Assembly: GCA_054661495.1 (NCBI GenBank)
Contig: BAAFSQ010000097.1
Location: 1 to 32,000 of the forward strand
DNA length: 32,000 nt
DNA from: Zygophlyctis sp. KS116
Lineage: Eukaryota > Fungi > Chytridiomycota
Direction of reading: 5' to 3'
In this document: in pieces, positions 1 to 12,895 of the stretch
How positions within the stretch are numbered: position 1 is the first letter of the stretch
How the letters are laid out: every line of letters begins with the position of its first letter
Made by a program: the position numbers and the translations under genes
Notes under the pieces: generated by a model
Told to the model about the DNA's origin: nothing
The model's database searches: none
The model's input: only the letters and a program-made list of their open reading frames with translations

Positions 1-331
1 GTAGCCTTTGATTTGGTAACACCGTTAGTCTTAGTAGACTTGGACTTAACAGTAGCCTTTGATTTGGTAACACCGTTAGTCTTAGTAGACTTGGACTTAA
101 CAGTAGCCTTTGATTTGGTAACACCGTTAGTCTTAGTAGACTTTGACTTAACTGTAGCCTTTGATTTGGTTACACCGTTAGTCTTAGTAGACTTGGACTT
201 AACAGTAGCCTTTGATTTGGTAACACCGTTAGTCTTAGTAGACTTGGACTTAACAGTAGCCTTTGATTTGGTAACACCGTTAGTCTTAGTAGACTTTGAC
301 TTAACTGTAGCCTTTGATTTGGTTACACCGT
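1..331. repeat. 51-bp coding tandem repeat (about 6.5 copies in window) with 153-bp higher-order period
   Basis: Unit gtagcctttgatttggtaacaccgttagtcttagtagacttggacttaaca. Variants tttgacttaact and ggttacacc recur every third unit (units 3/6 and 4/7). Confidence 0.95.
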
Positions 332-983
332 TATTTTTGGTTGCTGAATACTTGGACTTTGTTTTGGTTTTTACCGCTGCGGTTGTCTTTGGTGTATAAG
401 TCTTCTTTGGTGTAGAAGTCTTCTTTGGAGGAGAAGTTTTCTTTGGTATAGAAGTCTTCTTTGTTTTCTTCGGAGGAGAAGTCTTCTTTGGTATAGAAGT
501 CTTCTTTGTTTTCTTTGGAGGAGAAGTCTTCTTTGGTATAGAAGTCTTCTTTGTTTTCTTTGGAGGAGAAGTTTTCTTTGGTATAGAAGTCTTCTTTGTT
601 TTCTTTGGAGGAGAAGTTTTCTTTGGTATAGAAGTCTTCTTTGTTTTCTTTGGAGGAGAAGTCTTCTTTGGTATAGAAGTCTTTTTTGTTTTCTTTGGAG
701 GAGAAGTCTTCTTTGTCGGAGCAGGCTTCTTGGTCGGATCATCCTTCTTTGTCGGAGCAGGCTTCTTGTTCGGATCATCCTTCTTTGTCGGAGCAGGCTT
801 CTTGGTCGGATCATCCTTCTCAGGTTTCTTGGTTTGAGCAGGCTTCTCAGGTTTCTTGTTTTGAGCAGGTTGCTGAGGACTATTTACATCGCCTTGCTTG
901 TTTACACCACCATTATCACCTGGAGGTACTGGCAGTGCTGATAGCACTGCAATAAATATGAGCAGAAGAGTTTTGTACAACAT
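1..983 (-). CDS. Secreted Lys/Thr/Pro-rich tandem-repeat protein (3' end outside window)
   Basis: ATG at 983 (minus). Translation MLYKTLLLIFIAVLSALPVPPGDNGG (signal peptide-like), then KPAQTKKPE, KKDDPTKKPAPT, KKTSPPKKTKKTSIP and KATVKSKSTKTNGVTKS repeats. The frame stays open to position 1, which is probably why it is missing from the ORF track. Confidence 0.85.
   Translation of the reverse strand, partial: MLYKTLLLIFIAVLSALPVPPGDNGGVNKQGDVNSPQQPAQNKKPEKPAQTKKPEKDDPTKKPAPTKKDDPNKKPAPTKKDDPTKKPAPTKKTSPPKKTKKTSIPKKTSPPKKTKKTSIPKKTSPPKKTKKTSIPKKTSPPKKTKKTSIPKKTSPPKKTKKTSIPKKTSPPKKTKKTSIPKKTSPPKKTSTPKKTYTPKTTAAVKTKTKSKYSATKNNGVTKSKATVKSKSTKTNGVTKSKATVKSKSTKTNGVTKSKATVKSKSTKTNGVTKSKATVKSKSTKTNGVTKSKATVKSKSTKTNGVTKSKATVKSKSTKTNGVTKSKA
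398..868. repeat. Adjacent coding minisatellites: 45-bp (about 398-712), 36-bp (about 710-818), 27-bp (about 818-868)
   Basis: Units gaagtcttctttggtatagaagtcttctttgttttctttggagga and ttctttgtcggagcaggcttcttggtcggatcatcc; the 27-bp unit encodes KPAQTKKPE on the minus strand. Confidence 0.9.
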
Positions 984-998
984 TTTTAAGAAGTTCCT

Positions 999-1142
999 TG
1001 CGGCAGTTCTGCTATAAATAGAATCTAGGCGGCATGAAGTACGCAGAATTCCATATGTATACAGTTATTAACAGCATATTTGAACATGTGTATAAGGCTT
1101 CATAGATTTTTCGAAGAAATCATTCCAGCTTTTAAAGCGGCA
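999..1142. promoter_or_regulatory. Candidate GCGGCA cis-element cluster upstream of secreted repeat protein
   Basis: GCGGCA at 1000, 1029 and 1137; also at 3532, 3710 and 20489 upstream of the other two secreted genes. Confidence 0.45.
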
Positions 1143-1649
1143 CTGAATTTACAAACTGTGTTATACTGTTATACGTAATCACAGTTAGTGTTAGCATTCC
1201 AATATTTGAAATAAACATAACCTCCAAAGATAAATTAAAAATGGAGGAATCTTTTCCTATAATACTACTTTGGTAGTTTTTTGACTGATATTTTTCATGA
1301 TGGTTTCATAAAATTATACTTTACTATCCATCTTATTTCTGCATGAATACACAATGACTATCATTTTGAAACTCAAGTCCTCTTTGCTAGAATAATGATA
1401 AAAGTGAATCTTACGGGAAGAATTAAGAGCACACATAAATCTCTTTGCGGGAATTAAACTTGGACAAGGCGAGTTTTAGTTAGATGGCTGAATTCTGTAA
1501 ACGGAGACATGGACCAAATAGAATAGGATGTTTTAATTGTTGCAAAATTAGTCAATTCAAAGTTTATCCGGACATTGATGGTTTGTTAATTTCGGACAAG
1601 TTAACGCCAACCAATCTAAGTAATACTCAATTCGACTATTAATACATAG

Positions 1650-2758
1650 CTAATGATTCTTCTTCACAAATTGAAAAATCTATAATAGACCTAAGGAATA
1701 CATTCGCATCTATATTCTCAAAACTTCCTCCAAAATTGACAATTTTCATTGGAAGCTGGAACATGAATGGACGTGTACTTGTAAAGATTCTAAAATATAG
1801 ATCCCAGATACAGATCCTCATGCGTTTTTAGATCATTTCAATGTTAAGAATGAACATCCAGATTTATTAATAATTGGAACCCAGGAATGCGAAAGACCCC
1901 TTGAAATATCAATATTCTTCCCATCAAAGGACGAATGGGAAAGAATACTTCATTCGCATTATTCAAAATCTTATCATTTAGTTTCAAATCAATCGTTTGG
2001 TATTTTTTCTAAATTTCAAAGATTTAGGTGGATTACATCTCTCTATTTATGCCAAAAAACAAATTATGACTGCAATTTCACGTACTTTTAGATTGTTCAT
2101 ATTAGATGTTAGCATTGGAAAAGTACCAACTGGAGACGGAGGACTCTCAAACAAAGGGGGAATAGGAATCTCTTTTCGGTTTCATGAATATCACTTTTTA
2201 ATAATCAATTCTCATTTATGCGGTAACAAGTCAAATCTTACATTAGCACATCAATCAAAAATCAGGGAAAGAAATCATGATTTTGAAAAAATTGAAAAAG
2301 GACTAAATAGCCTGAAAGGAAAATATAATCGTAAAATACAATTTCCAAATCATGCATCAGATCGCTATGATTATTGTTTCTGGCTTGGTGATTTAAATTA
2401 TAGAGTGGATGGAACTCATAAAATCATCTCTAAGTGTATTCAAGAAAACAGATTGGAAGTTTTATTAAATAATGACCAACTCTTGAAAGAAATGAAGAGC
2501 TCTAAAGGTGTTTTTAAAGGGTTCAAAGAGGAAACAATATCGTTTCTTCCAACTTACAAATTCATTAAATCAGAGTATAGCATAGGAAGAAATTCATCAT
2601 GGAGTAAGATTTTAGTATTTAAGAGTATAGCTGATCGAATACTATTCAAACAATTTAATGAGCATGCAATTGTCAAATGTATGTATTATACGAGCATACT
2701 AAATACATTTGGATCAGATCATCAGCCAGTTGTATCATCATTCACATTAGAATTTTAG
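1650..2758 (+). CDS. Inositol polyphosphate 5-phosphatase (single catalytic domain, possibly INPP5E-like); start not resolved
   Basis: Motifs IFIGSWNMNG, IIGTQEC, NKGG, INSHLCAH, FWLGDLNYR, FLPTYKF, SWTDRIL, SDHQPV are restored by introns 1775-1800, 2000-2027, 2082-2105, 2223-2246, 2604-2630. A further tentative intron lies at 1620-1649. Confidence 0.9.
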
Positions 2759-3040
2759 TCCGCAGTTTGGACAATATTTGAAGCTGGGATCACTTCTAAT
2801 ACCACAACCAGAACATATAGAACCAGCGGATCCTAATCTTCTCAGCTGATATATGGGATTTCCATAATGACAGGAATCGCAAACAGTTATAGTCTTTGAT
2901 GAGATTGTGAGTAAAGGAAATATAAAGATGTAAAGGATACTTTCAATCCGCTCTTCCCTTGCATTGATTGAATTGCAAATGGGGCATGTAATGTTTTTAA
3001 TGGATTTAGTTTTTGGCAGAATCCCACCAAAGAAAAACAT
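2747..3040 (-). CDS. Small double zinc-ribbon protein (zinc_ribbon_15-like)
   Basis: MFFFGG start, CPIC..CDSC with a hydrophobic FIFPL segment, and a C-terminal CSGC..FKYCPNCG ribbon. Confidence 0.75.
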   Translation of the reverse strand: MFFFGGILPKTKSIKNITCPICNSINAREERIESILYIFIFPLLTISSKTITVCDSCHYGNPIYQLRRLGSAGSICSGCGIRSDPSFKYCPNCGLKF

Positions 3041-3233
3041 TTAAAGAGCTTATTATTGACCTGAGCCATTCTCCCCATATCCAGTGCAATCTTTCAAGTG
3101 GAAGTTGTGCATTCAAACATTTTAAATGCCAGATTTACAATGGCATAATTCATCTCAAATATCAGTCAAAGAATTCTTGATAAGAAAAAGTTATTCTTCA
3201 AAACAACTAGAAAACATGTGAGTTTCGGACATT

Positions 3234-3509
3234 TCACATAAACAACATTGCCATAAGCATTGTAATGAATGAAGGAATCGTCTCTGAGACCATATATCCA
3301 GCTGCAGACAGAGTTTCACTTACAGCTGAATCGTCAGTTCCTCTTGTAGCAACATCAGTAACTGGGAAATAATGTTTCTCAGTAGCAGTAGCAGGACTGG
3401 TACCCCCTTTTAAAACAGGTCTGGTACCCCCTTGTAAAGGATGAAAAGCTTGAGCAGTAGAAATGGCAGCGATAGCAAATAATGACAAGAATAGAGTTTT
3501 GGAGTTCAT
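3234..3509 (-). CDS. Small secreted, possibly GPI-anchored hypothetical protein
   Basis: N-terminal hydrophobic signal (MNSKTLFLSLFAIAAISTAQA), S/T-rich middle with a 9-aa duplication (LQGGTRPV/LKGGTSPA), hydrophobic C-terminus. Confidence 0.7.
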   Translation of the reverse strand: MNSKTLFLSLFAIAAISTAQAFHPLQGGTRPVLKGGTSPATATEKHYFPVTDVATRGTDDSAVSETLSAAGYMVSETIPSFITMLMAMLFM

Positions 3510-3908
3510 TTTTTATTTTTAAAGAATTCATGCGGCAATCGGACGCCAAAAGCATCAATTTCTATTTATAGAACAAAACCGTAGAAACTGATCTTGTTTA
3601 GAAAATACCAAATAAAACCATGTTTAACCTTGCATTTTAATAGAAATCTCAATTTTGCCATCAAAATCAGATCTGTTAATTCTAAAGCACACTGTGAAAA
3701 CTATAAATTGCGGCATACGACAATCTACCGTTTATGAATTGATTAGAATGAGAACTCTAGGGAAACCTGAGAATTGATCACTTGAAAAATATAATAAAAT
3801 CTATAATAATCTAAAAACCATACAATGCATACAATGATCAGCAAGAGAGTTTAGAGAATAACTATCGCCTAGAACTAGATCTAAGACTACAACTTGTAGA
3901 ATCTCAAA

Positions 3909-4559
3909 ATGAACAAGTATCAAAAAGAATTATTATACATGTACTCTATTCTAATTTTTGTAGGATGTCTATTGGGAGAAAGTATTAATTTCCCATCATT
4001 TTACTTTTCCGAAAAAAAAAACTTTTTAAACCAAATCTTTGTAAAGAATGGATGGGCATGGACTATATCATTACTCTTATCATTGATTTATTTAAGATCT
4101 TTTAACCGACTTAAGACCCTAAAATCACTAAAGTCCTTAATCGGAGCAACTTTATATTGGTTTTTGATCACTCAATGGACCTTTGGACCTTCCATTCTTG
4201 AAAGAGTTTATAAAAGAATTGGATCTTGTTCATTATTACATTTAAAAGAATTTCATTTATGTTATGAAGGCGGTGGAGAATGGGATGGACTAGATATTTC
4301 CGGACATTGTTTTTTACTATTGCATTCTTCATTGTTAATCTGGGAAGAGATTAGAAATACTTTTTCAATGAATTTATACAATTTAAAAAACTTTAATAGT
4401 ACAATGGCGATTGGAATGGCATTAATGATTTTATTAGGATTATGGAGTATAATGCTTCTAATTACAGTCTTGTATTTTCATTCAATAGTTGAAAAGGCTT
4501 TAGGAACTCTTTTTGGTTTTGGATTTTGGACTTTTGAATTTCTCCGCAAAAGTAGATGA
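3909..4559 (+). CDS. SCS3: FIT (fat storage-inducing transmembrane) / Scs3-family protein
   Basis: NFLNQIFVKNGWAWT, DISGHCFLL and YFHS..EK motifs; several hydrophobic segments; intronless. Confidence 0.88.
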   Translation: MNKYQKELLYMYSILIFVGCLLGESINFPSFYFSEKKNFLNQIFVKNGWAWTISLLLSLIYLRSFNRLKTLKSLKSLIGATLYWFLITQWTFGPSILERVYKRIGSCSLLHLKEFHLCYEGGGEWDGLDISGHCFLLLHSSLLIWEEIRNTFSMNLYNLKNFNSTMAIGMALMILLGLWSIMLLITVLYFHSIVEKALGTLFGFGFWTFEFLRKSR

Positions 4560-7217
4560 ATCCATTCATTCAAATTGATAAAAAGAATCCATTCTTATCA
4601 GAGTCTGATGAAGATAGTCCTCCAAGACTTCCTCCAAGACCAAGTTCAATTAACTTGTTGTCCGAAAAGAGTTCAAATAACTCTGGGCCACCGCTTCCAC
4701 AACGTCCATCAGCATTAAATTTACATTCGTTTGGCTCGGAACCAACTTTAAGGACAGATAGACATCTATCTCATATGTCATCTGTTGATAGATTGGTTGC
4801 TCTCTCACTCAAAGAGCCAGTATCTCATCCAGACTGTTTAAAATCAACTAGAAATCTTCCTAGAGCCTCTGGTCATTCAAGCCATAAGGGATATGTAAAA
4901 TGTTGGGATATATCTTCGAATTGTATTGTTACTGGATCTACAAATATTAGAGTCTTTAATATTTATTCTGGTGAAAATAGTAAAACGATTCCTCTGGGGG
5001 AGTCAAAGCCGTCTAGCGTCGCGTTTGTACCAACGAGGCCTTTTCAGGAGGAAGATGTAGTATGGGTTGGTTGTGAAAAAGGGGAATTATTGGAAATTTC
5101 TATCGGACAAGGTAAAATAATCTCAAAAAGAAGTTTACATTCTACAAATGTGACTAGTATAATCAAATTTAGAAAAAGATTCTTGATTACTATAGATGAA
5201 CAAGGGGCATTGAAAATATGGACAGAATTAGACTCTAGAGGACTTATAAATTTACATGCTAGGCCTAGAGGTTTAAGGATTCATTCTAAATTAGGGCAAT
5301 TGGTAGATACTGTAAGTAAAAAAAATTAAATACTCTAGTATAGGGATTTACTTTGGGTTGGTAGTGGGAAATTATTGCAAGTTTATAATTTGGCTCCTGA
5401 TGTTCCTTCTGTTCTTTTAAAGAAATCTGAATTAAGTTTACAGTTTGGGAATATATCTTCAATGACGCATTTAGTAGTTGAAGAATCTATTTTTTTATTA
5501 ACAGGTCATGATGGTAAAGTTATTGAATCTTTAAAGATAAAGATGGAAAAATAGTTGAATGGAATACTCAAGATTATAGTAAAAATCGAATATTTCAAAC
5601 TGGGATTTACAGGGTCACTTGTTTACTAGCAGTTGGTCCGAGTCATCTTTGGACAGGAGTTTCTACAGGAAAAGTATCAATTTATGATTTGTCAAGTGAT
5701 CCCTTGAATCAAATAAAGGAATTTCAGGCTTATTCAAGTTCTCCAATCCAGGGTTTTAGCTTTAATGAAAAAGCAATGTTGCAGTCTTCAAATTATTCTA
5801 TTTTTAGTTTGTCTGAACATGGGGAATTTTTAGAATGGGATGGATATTTGGCAGATGATTATATAGGTAATTTTTTAATCTAAAAAATTAGACGCTCTGG
5901 TTAAAAGTAGACAAGATTCATATTGCCAGTATCAAAATGTCTTAATACAGATCTGTAGCTGGAATTTGGATTCTAGAAAACCACTAGATTTAGAAGCAAA
6001 TGATGGTTCATTCATTGAGAAATGGATTTCATTACAAGACGAACCAGATATCATTGTGTTTGGATTTCAGGAGCTTGTGGATTTAGAATCGGTGTGTTTA
6101 TTAAGATTTAATTATATAGACTTCTGTAAATGCTAAATCCTTTCTGAATATTAAATCTACAAAACCGTCGAGTAATGATCCAGAGCAAAGATGTGCTTTA
6201 TGGAGAGAATATCTACAAAGATGCATCTCCCGATCTCATCCCACACTTAGATATAAGCTTTTGGAATTTCATGCCATGGTTGGACTTTTTCAAGCAATTT
6301 TTATTAAAGAGTCTATAGCACATCGAATTGGACATTGTCAAGTCAATACAACCAAAACAGGTCTTGGAGGTATTCTTGTTTCTAATAATATAAGGCTTAC
6401 ATGGTAATAAAGGTAGCATTTCAATGCGTCTACTCATTGATGACTCTTCATTTTGCTTTATCAATTCTCATTTGGCTGCTCATCAATCAAATATTAGTGC
6501 GAGGAATAACGATATCTCTGCAGTTTTAAAGGAGACATCGTTTAAGGTAGATAGCTCGGGACACCATTATATTGGCGGCGGGGATGGCAGTTTGATACTT
6601 GACTGCGAGAATGTATTTTTTGTAGGCGATTTGAACTATCGAATTGATTTACCAAGGGCTAAAGTGATGGACCTGATTAACTCAGGCGATTGGGAGTCAT
6701 TACAGGTATTTTTTCTTGATATTCATAAGTTAAGGAGCATGATCAGCTATTAAATCAGTTACATAATAATGTTGGTTTTGGTTTACGGGGATTTCTCGAA
6801 GGCCCTTTGGAATTCGCCCCAACTTTCAAATATGATCGTGGTTCACAACTATATGATACGAGTGAAAAGCAGCGAGTCCCTGCTTGGTGCGACAGAGTAA
6901 ATATTTCAAACTTATGTTAGATATTGTGGCGCGGCTCTGATATCCAGCTTGTTTGGTATGGGAGGCTTGAATGTCAAATGAGTGATCATCGACCCATTCG
7001 AGGCACCTTCAGGATCAGGACTAAACTTATTGACAAACCTTCATTTGATCGTGTTCTTGACTCTGCGATCGAAACAGCAAATGCATATATGAAAACTCAG
7101 TCACGAGAGTATTGCATACAATGGACATCAGTTATGGCAAACTGTAATATTGAAGAGGCAATTACTTTACTGCAATCATCAAATTGGGACTTGTGTAATA
7201 TATTTAAAAAACTATAG
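4556..7217 (+). CDS. WD40-repeat inositol polyphosphate 5-phosphatase with N-terminal NPF/PxxP motifs (8 exons)
   Basis: WD-like repeats ([24 protein letters not shown]), then [66 protein letters not shown]. Introns 5312-5338, 5514-5542, 5867-5891, 6092-6119, 6370-6394, 6706-6734, 6897-6920. Confidence 0.92.
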
Positions 7218-7255
7218 ATGTGTAGATTTATGTTTGTTTACAGCGAGTGTTTACA

Positions 7256-8059
7256 ATGTCCAATATTGAGCATAATAAGAATTTGTACCTTTGTCAAATT
7301 TTACCAACTCTTATCAAAGATATAAGTTTCTCAGACAGGAAAAAGATCTTTAAAAGTTGTGATAAACAAGAGGGGAAAGATGTCCGAACACTAAACTACA
7401 AAAGGAAACTCCAACAATACCCCATTAGAACTTCTGATCATATTCGGCCTACATCGGCTTTATCTAGTCTCAAACCATGGGTAGACTATTCCTCTCACAA
7501 TCCTTCAGACACCTTGCGGCGAAATATACTTCAGCCAAGCCCGATTCTAGAGGCTGTCCAAGATTGTTCAACCAAACTTGATAAAGATCAGAGTCATGTC
7601 AAAAATATTAGTGAAGATTATCTACAAACTGAACATATAAATCATAATCATGCGCCAATCTCTCAAAAGATGAAGCCTCTAAAACAGAAAATACCTTCAA
7701 GGAAAAATCGTTTAGCAAAGGAAACTTTGAATTCTCCATCTAGGCCGCCTCTTCATTTTCCCAAACACATTGTCCAGAAAAGGTTTACTTCGGATAATGA
7801 ACTCCCATTTGCGTTTACAGGACCAGTTCCTGTTTCAACCATCAAGGAATTCAAAAAACCGACATTATCAGAAAAAAAAGTATTAGAATCAGTTATAGCA
7901 ATGCCTATTGATCTGTTAGAGAAGCTTTCATTGAAGTTGAAGAGGAATGAGATTCTTACAAATGATTATTCTAAAAAGGTCCATAAAGTATCGAAAGTCA
8001 AGACTGAAGCTGAATTAGGAAAATGGATTCTCTCACAAAACAAAAAATTCAACAAATAG
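7256..8059 (+). CDS. Hypothetical basic, low-complexity protein
   Basis: About 267-codon open frame from ATG 7256 in AT-rich DNA, filling the gap between two genes; no motif recognised. Confidence 0.65.
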   Translation: MSNIEHNKNLYLCQILPTLIKDISFSDRKKIFKSCDKQEGKDVRTLNYKRKLQQYPIRTSDHIRPTSALSSLKPWVDYSSHNPSDTLRRNILQPSPILEAVQDCSTKLDKDQSHVKNISEDYLQTEHINHNHAPISQKMKPLKQKIPSRKNRLAKETLNSPSRPPLHFPKHIVQKRFTSDNELPFAFTGPVPVSTIKEFKKPTLSEKKVLESVIAMPIDLLEKLSLKLKRNEILTNDYSKKVHKVSKVKTEAELGKWILSQNKKFNK

Positions 8060-8063
8060 ATTG

Positions 8064-8970
8064 CTAATAATTCCTTCCTCTTGGAGGCGGAGGAGATCTT
8101 TTGCGACCTTGATCATATCTCCTGCCACCTCTATAAGGTTCACGTTCCCTATAAGGTTCTCTTCTTCTAAAATGATCTTGAGATCCTCTCTCTGAAGAAG
8201 GTTTTGAAATTCCATATCCTGCAGCTTTAAGTTCTTCTAATTTCTCTCTAATTTTAACGAATCCTACATGCATTTTTCCAATAAAATGATCAGCCAATCT
8301 TCGATCAGAATCAAATATACTTAATGAAGCACTACATCTATAACATAATCTAAGTTTTTGAGTTTGTGTAGCACCTGCCCCAACTTCAATTAATTTCAAT
8401 TCATGCTAGACCATTAAAAAATTAAAAGTTTACTTTTACATGAGCCAATCTATCTTGTAGATACTGAAAGATATGCAATAATCTTATAGCTTCTTCAATA
8501 TTTCCTTCTTCTCCGACAGTTTGACATTGTTCCAGTACTACTAAAACTTCATATTCAATATCTGATTTTTCTCTAATGAGCTGAGTTGCTTTTGGATCTT
8601 CCAAAGTAACTTTATCCATTTTTTTAAGAGTCTGTTGAGATTTTCGATCACATTCATCAATAAAAGACAGTAAACTTAATGCCCAATCATTTTCATATCC
8701 TGGATGTTTTTCGGCTGCTTTTTCTGCTTCGTAATCTGCCTTTAGTCGATCTGAATGTGTTAATTTGCAACTTCCAATGTCCATTTTAGTATTTAAAAAC
8801 AAATCGTTCGGACAAAGTCCACACAAGAAATCTTTACAAACTGTGTTTTAATTGCCAAATTCATAATTACCTGATGGATCAGAAAAATGAACAGTCGGGA
8901 CTTTAGATCCATGCAATGCTTGTTTCCCCATCAGAGCTTCCAAAAGCCTTCGCTGTTCCTCTGCAGACAT
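8064..8970 (-). CDS. LUC7: U1 snRNP-associated splicing factor Luc7 (3 exons)
   Basis: MSAEEQRRLLEALMG, ZnF1 CKDFLCGLCPNDLFLNTKMDIGSCKLTH, ZnF2 C..C..LSIFDSDRRLADHF.GKMH, R-rich tail. Introns 8841-8870 and 8406-8433. Confidence 0.93.
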
Positions 8971-9102
8971 TTAAACCGATTTGCTGAAATTACTTTTCCA
9001 ACAATGCAAACCTGCAACTTGATCTACTCCTGAAACTTACTCAAAAGTCTTAACTCACCAATTGTTATCATTGCATATGATCATCAGTAATAACAGCATT
9101 TT

Positions 9103-12849
<3,747 letters not shown>

Positions 12850-12895
12850 TAGTTTTTTGTAAGGTTTACAGTCAGGATTTGGGTTTTAAGTGTTT

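Noticed and set aside
1-868. CRISPR-like array
   Set aside because: Contiguous tandem units with no unique spacers, unit lengths are multiples of 3, eukaryotic context, no cas genes.
13-955. ORFs 13-399 (+), 371-814 (-) and 686-955 (+)
   Set aside because: Antisense or alternative-frame shadows of the repeat gene starting at 983 (-), which has a signal peptide and synonymous repeat variation.
3909-8059. Bacterial origin or contamination suggested by operon-like packing
   Set aside because: The genes are eukaryote-specific and contain spliceosomal introns.
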